A stretch of DNA of 29,656 bases from an uncultured bacterium (GCA_937895305.1 CALAXS010000130.1:1-29656); one strand, 5' to 3'; shown: positions 1 through 8,288, counted from the first letter of the stretch. Numbers and translations are program-made. The notes: generated by a model from the letters alone, not told the origin.

Positions 1-8
1 TATAACTT

Positions 9-35
9 GGATCCCCGCGTTCGCGGGGATGACGT
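9..35 (-). repeat. CGTC-tagged REP-like palindrome (dRS3-like)
   Basis: Reverse complement reads CGTCATCCCCGCGAACGCGGGGATCCA: a CGTC tag followed by an ATCCCCGCG/CGCGGGGAT hairpin. This is the layout of CGTC-family REPs and Neisseria dRS3 (ATTCCC-N8-GGGAAT). Confidence 0.75.
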
Positions 36-196
36 CCTTGGAACCTAAAAAAGTACAAAGTGGTGATCTGCGACCCGGAACTAATTTTGTCCCGGATTTC
101 CCATTTGGAAGAGTCATCTTGAGATTCGCCGGTATCGTTTAACTCTATTAACAAAGGGTGTTCTCAGGGTGACGGCACAAAACAGCAGGGAATCCA

Positions 197-1185
197 ATGG
201 GTTAAACGAAAAAGACCGCGTTACGCGTCGATTTTGATCGAAGTCTGAAGCTGGAATTCCATGGTTCCAAAGTTACGAGCGATGCCGGACTGCTCGCGTA
301 CCGGGAATTGGATGACGTATTGGGATTGACAGTGATGGTGGAGGACATCTTCGACGATTTCCGCACCGGGGACAACACCCAGCACACCCTGACCGCCTCG
401 CTACGTCAGTCGGTGTTCAGTCTCTTGGCCGGTTATGAAGATACGAACGACGCCGAACGGCTCTGTGTAGACCCGACTATGCGGCACGTTGTTGGTGGCA
501 GGGCAAGGAGGTGCAACGCGGCTTCCAGGAACCACATGGGACGCTTCGAGACCGAAGTTCAGACCGAACCGCATCACGTCAACGCCCTTATCGACCTGTC
601 GGGGAAATGGGTTGATCGCGTTCAGGAACGCAAACCGATTCGAGAGTTGATTCTGGATTTGGATAGTTCAGTCAGTGCAACCTATGGTGCTCAGGAGGGC
701 ACGGCGTACAATGGGCACTTCGGCTGCACCTGCTACCATCCCCTGTTCTGCTTCAACCAGTTCGGAGACCTTGAGCGGGCACTGTTGCGCGAGGGCCAGG
801 TCCATAGCGCCGATGATTGGCATAGTGTACTGGAGCCAGTCGTGGCACGGCGGAACAGTGGATCAAGGAAGGCAAGAATGCCGTGAAATGGACTCGGCTC
901 TCCTGTCACGACTTCGTGGACAACCAGGTGCGACTGCAACTGCAACTGTTCGCCTTGGCGTACAACCTGGGCAACTTCCTTCGCAGACTGGCGCTACCCC
1001 AGAGTGCGAAGCACTGGTCGTTGACAACGTTGAGGGAGAAGCTGGTCAAGATTGGCGCCAAGGTCGTGGTCCACGCACGGTATGTCACGTTTCAGATGGC
1101 CGAGGTGGCTATTCCACGACGACTGTTCAGGACCATCCTTCGCCGGATTTCACGACTCGGTCCACTGGCGCCAGCACCAACATGA
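197..1185 (+). pseudogene. IS1380-family DDE transposase pseudogene
   Basis: ATG at 197 is followed by GGT TAA (stop at codon 3), then in-frame ..[32 protein letters not shown]. Motifs LILDLDSS and [14 protein letters not shown] are present. After nt 850 it jumps to another frame encoding [34 protein letters not shown], so the central part is missing. Confidence 0.92.
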
Positions 1186-1334
1186 AAAAGACGGCGTTCG
1201 TAGGAATGGAAACGGTTCGAGGCCCGATGGGGAGGTCTGCCCAAATTAGCACGAACAGCACTGACCGTGGCCTCCAATGGCTGCTTTGGGGCCGCGAACG
1301 ACCTCAAGGAGCGGCCATGACAGCAAAACCCGAC

Positions 1335-1363
1335 TTGGATTCGATAGTGTGTGTCTCTACAAT
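1335..1363 (+). promoter_or_regulatory. Putative outward-facing sigma70 promoter inside the IS right end
   Basis: TTGGAT (1335-1340), 17-nt spacer, TACAAT (1358-1363). It lies about 50 nt inside IRR and points toward the gene at 1519. Confidence 0.6.
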
Positions 1364-1518
1364 GCTCAATAACGTGCCCGTGGTGGTCACGGGCATCCAT
1401 ATGGGAAATGTCGATTCATTACAGAATGAGGGCAGGGAAGCAACTTTTCCGTTAATGGATGAATCGGGTCACCCGCTAATCGGGCTGTCGACCTATCTTT
1501 ACACAGGAGACGAAAATT

Positions 1519-1974
1519 ATGCATGACAAGCCTGAATCAGGCACAGTGATTTACGAGTGCACACTTGATATCACTGGCCTAACGGATTTCGGTGTGGGAC
1601 TGGATTTAGCACTGGATGGAGGATCATCGCCGCCAGAAGGTATCCGGATAGATGTCAGTGTCGCGGGAACCTCAAACGGGCCTGTGCTTAAGGGACAGGT
1701 ATCGGCCATTGACTACTTGTATGTCCGTCCAGATGGGAGGATAACGATTCATGTCCACGGGGTCATTACGACGGACGATGGGGCGAGGCTGTCATTATTT
1801 GCCGATGGCGTATTGAGTCGGCGGCTCAATACGCCGATTCTTGATCTCCGAGAGAACGTGACGCTCTTCACTTCGGCTCCAAAGTACACCTGGGTAAACG
1901 GTATGCAAGTGTGGGGCGAAGGCACGGTTGACTTAGCGAATCAGAAGCTCTTCATCAAGGCCCGCGTAGCGTGA
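1519..1974 (+). CDS. DUF3237-like (UPF0311-like) beta-barrel protein
   Basis: 151 aa with an AGGAG RBS. The motifs GPVLKGQV..DYLYVRPDG....VHGVITTDDGA resemble DUF3237. Confidence 0.7.
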   Translation: MHDKPESGTVIYECTLDITGLTDFGVGLDLALDGGSSPPEGIRIDVSVAGTSNGPVLKGQVSAIDYLYVRPDGRITIHVHGVITTDDGARLSLFADGVLSRRLNTPILDLRENVTLFTSAPKYTWVNGMQVWGEGTVDLANQKLFIKARVA

Positions 1975-2241
1975 TTCGGTCTTCTGCGGCCTCCGGATTG
2001 GACCCAAGCTTTACCTGAAACTTCGCCCCAGACTGGTATGGATTCGGGCCGTTGGCGCTTAACCGATCGATGACTCCACCAAAGGAAGCAGGGGTGGTCC
2101 CTGATCAGTAGAGACGGTCGTAATCCGTGCCCTCACGTGTTCCGCGAAACCGGCCGCCTGCTCTTTCGGGGAAATCTGCGTTTGTCATCGAATTAGTGAC
2201 CACTTACAGGAATGACAAGGTGGGTGGGGCAAAGCGAGGAC

Positions 2242-3111
2242 TTAATCGTTACTCGCTCTGGGGTCGAGTGCATCGCGGAGGCCGTCACCTAGGAAGTTAA
2301 GGGAGAAGAGGGTGAGGGAGAGGGCGATGGAGGGGAAGATGAGGAGCCAGGGGAATTCTTCCATGGTTTCGACACCTTCGTTGATGAGGAGTCCCCAGGA
2401 GGACATGGGGGGTTGGACACCGAGACCGAGGAAGGAGAGGAAGGCTTCGAGGAGCATAACCTGGGGGACGGTGAGGGTGGCGTAGACGATGATGGGGCCG
2501 AGGGCGTTGGGGATGAGATGGCGAAAAAGGACCTGGTGACGGCGGAGACCCATGACGGTGGTGGCTTCGATGAATTCTTTCTCGCGGAGGCCCATGACCT
2601 GACCGCGCACGATGCGTGCCATGGTGAGCCATTCGACGGCACCGATGGCGACGAAGAGCAGGATGATGTTGCGTCCGAAGAAGACCATGAGGATGATGAC
2701 GAAGATGGTGAAGGGGAGTGCGTAGAGAATGTCGACCATGCGCATCATGAAATTGTCCATGCGCCCGCCTGAAAAACCGGCTATGGCGCCATAGACAACA
2801 CCGATGAGGAGGGAGACGGTGGTGGCACAGATGCCGACGAGCAGGGAGATGCGCCCACCATACAAAATTCGTGTTAGCAGGTCGCGACCCAGCGCGTCGG
2901 TTCCCAGCCAGTGGGCAGCAGAGGGCGCAGAAGCCCCCAGTGCTGTGTCCTGCTCGTCATAGGTGTAGGACATGAACCAGGGGCCACACACCGAGACGAC
3001 CACAACGATGCTTAAGACTATGGTGCCAAAGACCGCCAGGCGATTCTTTCGCAGCCTCGCCCAGGCATCCTGCCAGAGACTGTGTCCCTGCTCTATAGCG
3101 TCTGTGGTCAT
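2242..3111 (-). CDS. oppC: Oligopeptide/dipeptide ABC transporter permease (OppC/DppC type)
   Basis: N-terminal SLWQDAWARLRKNRLA, HWLGTDALGRDLLTRILYGGRISL, EAA-loop region REKEFIEA..MG, EAFLSFLGLG..PP..SWG, and C-terminal GDGLRDALDPR. Confidence 0.9.
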   Translation of the reverse strand: MTTDAIEQGHSLWQDAWARLRKNRLAVFGTIVLSIVVVVSVCGPWFMSYTYDEQDTALGASAPSAAHWLGTDALGRDLLTRILYGGRISLLVGICATTVSLLIGVVYGAIAGFSGGRMDNFMMRMVDILYALPFTIFVIILMVFFGRNIILLFVAIGAVEWLTMARIVRGQVMGLREKEFIEATTVMGLRRHQVLFRHLIPNALGPIIVYATLTVPQVMLLEAFLSFLGLGVQPPMSSWGLLINEGVETMEEFPWLLIFPSIALSLTLFSLNFLGDGLRDALDPRASND

Positions 3112-3213
3112 GTGGTGCTCCGTGGATTTATTCAGGGCCTATAATAACGGTCTGGACCCCGATTAAGGAAGTGGATAAAATTTTTGCTTTACGAAGACAG
3201 GCTTCCCTTTTCC

Positions 3214-3245
3214 TGTCATTCCCGGTCGGTGAATGCATAGGGAAC
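3214..3245 (+). repeat. Internally deleted copy of the composite REP-like element
   Basis: Head TGTCATTCCC is joined directly to GTCGGTGAATGCATAGG, which matches the internal segment GTCGGAGTATGCATAGG of the 10723 copy. Confidence 0.5.
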
Positions 3246-3271
3246 TTCGCTGCATCCTGTCTGCGCTCTAT

Positions 3272-4126
3272 TTACTCCCCGAAGACCAACCTTCTGAATT
3301 CGGGGTTGTCGTAGAGGGGCTCTAGGTCTTCATCGATAGCGGCATCGTTACGAAGGATGGAGGCGCGCTTGAGGGCGAGTTTGAGGTAGGTCATGGCTTC
3401 GTCTTTACGACCGAGGAGGCTGTAGAGGCAGGCGAGGTTGTAGTAGGGCTTGGGGTGACCGGGGTCGAGGGCGATGGTGTCGAGGTATTGCATCTCCGCA
3501 TCGTGATACCGGTTGAGCTTCACCAGGAGATTGGCGAGGTTGTTGGCGGGGCCGATGGCGAAGGGGTCGAGTTCCGTTGCGATGCGGGCATGTTTTTCCG
3601 CCTCTTCAAGACGTTCCAGAATCCGGAGCAATCGTGCGAGACTGTCGTGGGGCCGTGCCCAGTTGGGGTCGAGGCTGATAGCCTTGCGCAATTCCTCTTC
3701 CGCTTCGGCTTCCCGCCCGATGGTGTTGAGCCCGATGAGGGTACCGAAACCGCAATGGGGCTCCGCCCAATCGGGGGCCTTGGCAAGGGAACGTTTGAAG
3801 AGGGCCTCGGCCTGGATAAGGTTTTGCTCCTGCTGATACTGGAGGGCGAGGATGTAAAAGGCCTCGGCCGAATCGTAGAGCCCGTTTTCAGTGAGTACGG
3901 CAACATGGCGCACAGCAGTGCGGGTATCGCTGAAGGACAGGGCGGGATCTTCGTAGAGGAGATCCATGGCGATCTGGATCTTTTCTTCGGTGGCGATGAC
4001 CGATGCAGACGGGTCGTCTTTAGCGCGGTTAAAGGCCACGAGGACAGCACAAAGCCCGGCACAGAGGGCAATCACCCACAGAGCCTTGTGTACTCCTGAA
4101 CTGTTTTGTTGGCTACTGGTGGACAT
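3272..4126 (-). CDS. Membrane-anchored tetratricopeptide-repeat protein
   Basis: Probable start MSTSSQQ at 4126 (the longer ORF-track start overlaps nagB). N-terminal TM (ALWVIALCAGLCAVLVAF), several TPR helices, and a C-terminal YYNLACLYSLLG..DEDLEPL..PEFRRLV cap. Confidence 0.85.
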   Translation of the reverse strand: MSTSSQQNSSGVHKALWVIALCAGLCAVLVAFNRAKDDPSASVIATEEKIQIAMDLLYEDPALSFSDTRTAVRHVAVLTENGLYDSAEAFYILALQYQQEQNLIQAEALFKRSLAKAPDWAEPHCGFGTLIGLNTIGREAEAEEELRKAISLDPNWARPHDSLARLLRILERLEEAEKHARIATELDPFAIGPANNLANLLVKLNRYHDAEMQYLDTIALDPGHPKPYYNLACLYSLLGRKDEAMTYLKLALKRASILRNDAAIDEDLEPLYDNPEFRRLVFGE

Positions 4127-4177
4127 CTTGCGCGAATTGTGCTCCAAACGGTACTCTATACAATCTACTGCATTGGT

Positions 4178-4225
4178 GTGCCAGTGTAGCGAATCTTTGG
4201 TATATTCGCCACATTTTAATGTGGC
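4178..4225 (+). promoter_or_regulatory. Putative nagB promoter with downstream palindromic operator
   Basis: GTGCCA, 17 nt, TATATT (with TG extension), then the perfect inverted repeat GCCACATT-TT-AATGTGGC (4208-4225) 21 nt before the GTG start. Confidence 0.5.
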
Positions 4226-4246
4226 CTGCATGGGGAGTGCCTGAAC

Positions 4247-5035
4247 GTGGAAGTTATTATCCAAAATAAAACAGAAGATGCCTGTCACCTGACAGCACGG
4301 CTTATCGCGGATGCAATCCGGATTAAGCCCAATCTGGTGCTGGGTCTGGCCACAGGCCGGACCATGGAAGCGGTCTATGGGATGCTGGCAAAGATGCATC
4401 AGGAAGAGGGTCTGGATTTCTCCCGGGTCATCACCTTTAATCTGGATGAGTATATCGGCCTGGAGCCGGAAGACCCGTGCTCCTATCGCACCTATATGAA
4501 CGAGCAGCTCTTCAACCATATCAATATCAACATGGCCAACACGCACCTGCCGCTGGGCAATGCGGAAGACCCGGATGCGGAATGTGCAGCCTATGATAAA
4601 AAAATCGCTGACGCAGGAGGTATCGACCTTCAGCTACTGGGCATCGGTCGTACGGGGCACATCGGCTTTAACGAGCCTCTGTCCGCGCTGCGTTCCCGCA
4701 CACGATGCAAGGCCCTGACGCCGGGCACTATCGAGCAGAACGCGCCCCTCTTTGACGACCCGAAGCGCATACCCCGTCGCGCCATGACCATGGGCGTGGG
4801 TACCATCCTGGAGAGCAAGCGCTGTCTCATGCTGGTGACCAATGCAGAGAAGGCGGACATTCTGGCGAAGGCAGTGGAAGGCCCCATCACCTCCATGATT
4901 TCCGCTACAGCCATGCAGCTTCATGAACATTGCACAGTAATTGTGGATGAGGAAGCAGCGGCGAATCTGGAGCAGAAAGAGTATTACAACTGGGTTTTCG
5001 CCAATGAGCCGGAGTGGGAAAAGTATCAGGACTAA
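4247..5035 (+). CDS. nagB: Glucosamine-6-phosphate deaminase
   Basis: VLGLATGRT, TFNLDEYIGL, GGIDLQLLGIGRTGHIGFNEP, AMTMGVGTIL, VEGPITSMISATAMQLH motifs. Confidence 0.97.
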   Translation: MEVIIQNKTEDACHLTARLIADAIRIKPNLVLGLATGRTMEAVYGMLAKMHQEEGLDFSRVITFNLDEYIGLEPEDPCSYRTYMNEQLFNHININMANTHLPLGNAEDPDAECAAYDKKIADAGGIDLQLLGIGRTGHIGFNEPLSALRSRTRCKALTPGTIEQNAPLFDDPKRIPRRAMTMGVGTILESKRCLMLVTNAEKADILAKAVEGPITSMISATAMQLHEHCTVIVDEEAAANLEQKEYYNWVFANEPEWEKYQD

Positions 5036-5050
5036 GTGCTTAAACGCACG

Positions 5051-5146
5051 AGATCCCATGCTGTGGGTGGTAATACAGGCATCCACTCTGGTAGAGGGAT
5101 GGGATACCGTTGGGGGGATCCCCAATCAAGTTGGGAATAATGACAG
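5051..5146 (-). repeat. Composite REP-like element, degenerate inverted copy
   Basis: Reverse complement CTGTCATTATTCCCAACTTGATTGGGGATCCCCCCAACGGTATCCCA...CCCACAGCATGGGATC matches the head and tail of the 10723 unit. It lies between convergent genes. Confidence 0.8.
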
Positions 5147-5156
5147 GGGGACCTTT

Positions 5157-5771
5157 TTATTGCTGCACGAAAGCGCGGCAGGGGGCCCCATCGGCATTCT
5201 GGATAGCCAGGGGCATGATTATAACAGGATGCACGCCGGGCTGAATGCCTTTGAGGCGGAGTCCTTCCACAATGAAAACATCATTGTCCAAAAGGGTGTG
5301 GTGGGTTGGACCTGCATTTCCGAAAGGTGCGATGGAAAGGTAATCGATTCCTACCAGTTTAACGCCCCCATCGACCAGACGCTGCGCGGCATCCTGGTCC
5401 AGGGCGACGTAAGATTCATTGAATGGCTGGTCTGTTGAAGCATCCGAGTTTTTCGTCTTGAGCAAAACACGTTCCGGCAATGGGCCCTCGGGGAGATGCT
5501 CGGCACGAATCAAATCTACATCGGGAAATTCCAGGATGAGGGCGGTACCTATGAACAGCGCCATGTCCACCTCATGTAGCTTCTTCCCCTGCTCATCGAA
5601 ATGCCAGGGCGCGTCACAGTGGGTGCCCGCATGGGAGGAAAGGGTGATGGTACTGGTATTGCAACTGTCCCCGTCACTAACCCGCGTATCGGGTGAAAAA
5701 CGGAACTCCGCATCGCCAGGCCATACGGCCATGCCTTCGTGCAGGGGGATGCTGATATCGTGCCATTGCAT
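5157..5771 (-). CDS. Cyclase-family metal-dependent hydrolase (kynurenine formamidase KynB-like)
   Basis: DISIPL..GMAVWPGD, HAGTHCDAPWHF (HxGTHxDxPxH), LVGIDYLSI, H..LL....IVEGL, DGAPCRA. Start taken as MQWHD at 5771. Confidence 0.9.
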   Translation of the reverse strand: MQWHDISIPLHEGMAVWPGDAEFRFSPDTRVSDGDSCNTSTITLSSHAGTHCDAPWHFDEQGKKLHEVDMALFIGTALILEFPDVDLIRAEHLPEGPLPERVLLKTKNSDASTDQPFNESYVALDQDAAQRLVDGGVKLVGIDYLSIAPFGNAGPTHHTLLDNDVFIVEGLRLKGIQPGVHPVIIMPLAIQNADGAPCRAFVQQ

Positions 5772-5795
5772 GCTGATTCTTCTCCCGGACAAATA

Positions 5796-6365
5796 CTATC
5801 GGCTGGTTTTCTTCTTCTTTTTCAGCGTAATAAAAGTAGCTATAAAATCTTCGGGCTTTTTATCAGGATAGTCCATTTCATTAAAGGCTTCTACCAATGC
5901 ATCGTAATCCTTGTGGTGCTTCGAGTCTTCCCGGTAGATTTCGTAGAGGGGTTCTGTGTCCACCACGCCATCACGGTTACGGGGACACCCCACGTCGTTA
6001 TGCAATGTAAAGCCCTTAAACTCACCTGTCCTGCTTTCTTCGAGTTTAAACGGGAAGAGTCGGCAGAGTAAAGGGCGGGATTCGTATATGGTACAGAACT
6101 TTGTTTTTTTATCCAGGAAATGGCACCCTTTTTTGCCGCGCTTGAGGGCCATCATGTATCGCTCCTCGCCCACTTGCAGCCAGGTGGGATCGTCGTCCTC
6201 TACGCCATCAATATCGTCCGGCTCAATAAACTCCAGGAACTTGTACGGACTCTCGCCGACTTCGCGAACCATGCGAATCACATCCCAGGGGCTGGGCAGG
6301 CAGATGACATCTGTACAACAATGACCACAACTATGACACCTGAACTTAACGGTGTGACGTCCCAT
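5796..6365 (-). CDS. YkgJ-family Cys-cluster (CxxCxxCC) Zn/Fe-chelating protein
   Basis: FRCHSCGHCC, CHFLD....CTIYESRPLLCRLFPF and a further CP. Purine-rich RBS before ATG 6365. Confidence 0.88.
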   Translation of the reverse strand: MGRHTVKFRCHSCGHCCTDVICLPSPWDVIRMVREVGESPYKFLEFIEPDDIDGVEDDDPTWLQVGEERYMMALKRGKKGCHFLDKKTKFCTIYESRPLLCRLFPFKLEESRTGEFKGFTLHNDVGCPRNRDGVVDTEPLYEIYREDSKHHKDYDALVEAFNEMDYPDKKPEDFIATFITLKKKKKTSR

Positions 6366-6585
6366 ACTACTTCTTCCTTCCAATCGCTATCCAAAGATTC
6401 CATTGACGAATCCATAGTGTTATACACGAGTGCTTTACCCTATTTCACCTACTCACTGCCCGGACCGGGTGGGCTGGGAAAAAGTTACCCCGGAATGCAG
6501 ATGCTGCCACATCCACTTTGGCCTGCCAAAACGACTGAATTGCATAATGCCTGTCCTCTTATTGACTTAGCACATCACGTAAAAG

Positions 6586-6600
6586 TGGCACGGACATTGC
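6586..6600 (+). promoter_or_regulatory. Sigma54 (-24/-12) promoter
   Basis: TGGCACG-GACA-TTGC matches the RpoN consensus TGGCACG-N4-TTGC. The predicted TSS near 6612 lies upstream of RBS GGAGG (6622-6626) and ATG 6638. Confidence 0.8.
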
Positions 6601-6637
6601 GTACTGATAGCATCTTGCTGTGGAGGAAAAGCACGTT

Positions 6638-7657
6638 ATGATACATGTTCATGTTGTCACCCCCCTCGCTACAACTGCCGCGACACCACGCGCCCACAGT
6701 TCTGCGCGGTATACACGACTGCCCGCTGCCTCCTTTAACACGCATCTGGAAGCCCATACCCGCAAGCAAGTTGATACGCCCATAGCGACAACCGCAGCAA
6801 AACAGCATGTGGTGGAGCGGGGCGATACGCTCTGGGGTATTGTAAAAAATCATATCCGGGAATCCGGCCAGTCCTTCAGTCAGCAGCAGGTTGCAGATGC
6901 CGTAAACAGCGTTGCCCGACAAAATGGTATGGCGAACCCGAACCTCATACAGCCGGGTCAGGCCATTAATCTCTCGGGTATCGGTATTGCAGAGACCGGA
7001 AGTCTGGCAAAAGCAACCACGGCACCCGCAACAGTTGCCGCACAGGCAGAAACTGCGAAATCAGTGCCACCCGTTCGAAGTGGCGCACACTATACACTGT
7101 TGAAACCTGCTGAGGGCGGGCCTGTAATTCACCATAAGGCCCGTATTTTTGATGTGTTTCGCAGAAACAAAAAAGCTGCAACTAAAACAGTGACCCCGCA
7201 TACGATAGCGACACCCAGCGCCATAGCAGCCAGGCCAGCCTATACCAAACCACTGGGCGGCACAGGCCGGTTGAGTTCCAACTTCGGTCCACGCAAGGAT
7301 CCCTTTACCGGGAAATCAGGTTTTCATAATGGCATTGACGTGGCGGCACGTAAAGGGACACCCATATTCCCGTTCCGTCCGGGCACAGTCACCTATAGCG
7401 GCTATAAGGGTGGCTATGGCAATGTGGTGGTGGTGAAACACGATGATGGCCTGGAGTCGGTCTACGGCCATGCCAGCAAGACGCTGGTAAAGGCTGGAAC
7501 CAAGGTGACAGAGAAAACCATGATTGGGCTGGTGGGTTCCACGGGGCGCTCTACCGGACCCCACCTGCACTTTGAAGTGCGGGAACAGGGCAATGCCGTA
7601 AACCCCCTACCCCATCTGGAACATGACCACGGCAATACCCGTCTGGCGAAAAACTAG
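6638..7657 (+). CDS. LysM-domain M23 metallo-endopeptidase (peptidoglycan hydrolase)
   Basis: LysM-like HVVERGDTLWGI...NPNLIQPGQAINL, an Ala/Thr/Pro linker, and M23 Zn motifs HNGIDVA (HxxxD), YGH, STGRSTGPHLHFE (HxH). No hydrophobic signal peptide is visible. Confidence 0.92.
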   Translation: MIHVHVVTPLATTAATPRAHSSARYTRLPAASFNTHLEAHTRKQVDTPIATTAAKQHVVERGDTLWGIVKNHIRESGQSFSQQQVADAVNSVARQNGMANPNLIQPGQAINLSGIGIAETGSLAKATTAPATVAAQAETAKSVPPVRSGAHYTLLKPAEGGPVIHHKARIFDVFRRNKKAATKTVTPHTIATPSAIAARPAYTKPLGGTGRLSSNFGPRKDPFTGKSGFHNGIDVAARKGTPIFPFRPGTVTYSGYKGGYGNVVVVKHDDGLESVYGHASKTLVKAGTKVTEKTMIGLVGSTGRSTGPHLHFEVREQGNAVNPLPHLEHDHGNTRLAKN

Positions 7658-7658
7658 G

Positions 7659-8288
7659 CTACAGCTCATCCCCATCGCCAAGTTTCTTCTCCAGCCAATC
7701 GCCATAGACCGCTATTTCCTTTACCGCCCTTTTGACCTGATCGGGTGTGGCATCTTCGAATCGGCAATTCTCGATAAGGACAAACTTCCGCACGCTGTCC
7801 TCCTTGAGGATAGCCAGGGCGCAATTTAACAGATTGGTATTATTCTTCAGTCCCCAGTAGAGCGCCTTCTCGGTGACTTCCCCGCAATAACTGAAAATAC
7901 GGAGCAGCTCTACCCCCTCCTTGCTCTTGTTCACATTCAGATAGACCGTCTGATGACGGCCCTCGGGGAGTTGCACCGCTACCGTATACCCGGCCCCTTT
8001 GGCAACGACTTCCCGTTGACCCGGTTTGGCACAGGCCGTAGCAAGGGATTCCAGAGAATAGATTCTCTTGTGCGCGTTCAAGGGTGGGGCATCGGGTAAG
8101 GTAATATGACGGAGCGCATCGCCCACTGCCGATTTCACATCCACATCGCTGTCGTCCACGTGTTCCTGAAGTGCCTGGATAGCATCTCGCGCTGCATTGC
8201 CCAACCAGACCACTGCGTCCCGGCGATTCACCCAGCCGGTCCCGGTGTCCTTCAGTTCATCAATTTGTTTTTGTACGTGTTCGTCCAT
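7659..8288 (-). CDS. HEAT-like repeat plus YbjN/type III chaperone-like domain protein
   Basis: N-terminal helical pair (WVNRRDAVVWLG..DVDVKSAVGDAL). The C-terminal alpha/beta domain (GRHQTVYL..RIFSYCG..ALYWGLKNN..ALAI..AVKEIAVYGDWLEKKL) resembles the YbjN/CesT-type fold. Fold call is by eye. Confidence 0.55.
   Translation of the reverse strand: MDEHVQKQIDELKDTGTGWVNRRDAVVWLGNAARDAIQALQEHVDDSDVDVKSAVGDALRHITLPDAPPLNAHKRIYSLESLATACAKPGQREVVAKGAGYTVAVQLPEGRHQTVYLNVNKSKEGVELLRIFSYCGEVTEKALYWGLKNNTNLLNCALAILKEDSVRKFVLIENCRFEDATPDQVKRAVKEIAVYGDWLEKKLGDGDEL

Larger units (their letters stand above)
92..1413 (+). mobile_element. IS1380-family insertion sequence, defective (internally deleted)
   Basis: Imperfect terminal inverted repeats CCGGATTTCCCATTTGGA (92-109) and TCCATATGGGAAATGTCG (1396-1413) match at 14/18 and enclose transposase fragments. 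No target-site duplication is evident. Confidence 0.85.

Noticed and set aside
86-1420. Target-site duplication flanking the IS1380
   Set aside because: The flanks (TTTGTC / ATTCA) share no 4-5-bp direct repeat.
675-1526. 283-aa ORF overlapping the IS
   Set aside because: Alternate frame over the transposase and IS end with no recognisable motifs.
1975-2160. Possible ncRNA or gene remnant downstream of the DUF3237 gene
   Set aside because: Only short weak hairpins, with no recognisable RNA family or ORF homology.
2289-2772. Ser/Pro-, His- and Asp/Glu-rich ORFs
   Set aside because: Shadow frames produced by CTC/ATC/TCC-rich codons of the hydrophobic oppC gene.
2242-4126. Apparent CTC-for-Leu codon preference in oppC and the TPR gene, suggesting foreign origin
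   Set aside because: Impression only, uneven within the genes and not quantified. It would need a codon-usage computation.
4195-4212. NagR/DasR dre-like site upstream of nagB
   Set aside because: Only a half-site resemblance (TTGGTATA), which coincides with the -10 box.
4127-4546. N-terminal 140 aa of the ORF-track TPR protein
   Set aside because: Overlaps nagB and its promoter on the opposite strand. The real start is most plausibly 4126.
6402-6426. TTGACG...TATACA sigma70-like boxes
   Set aside because: The spacer is only 12 nt.
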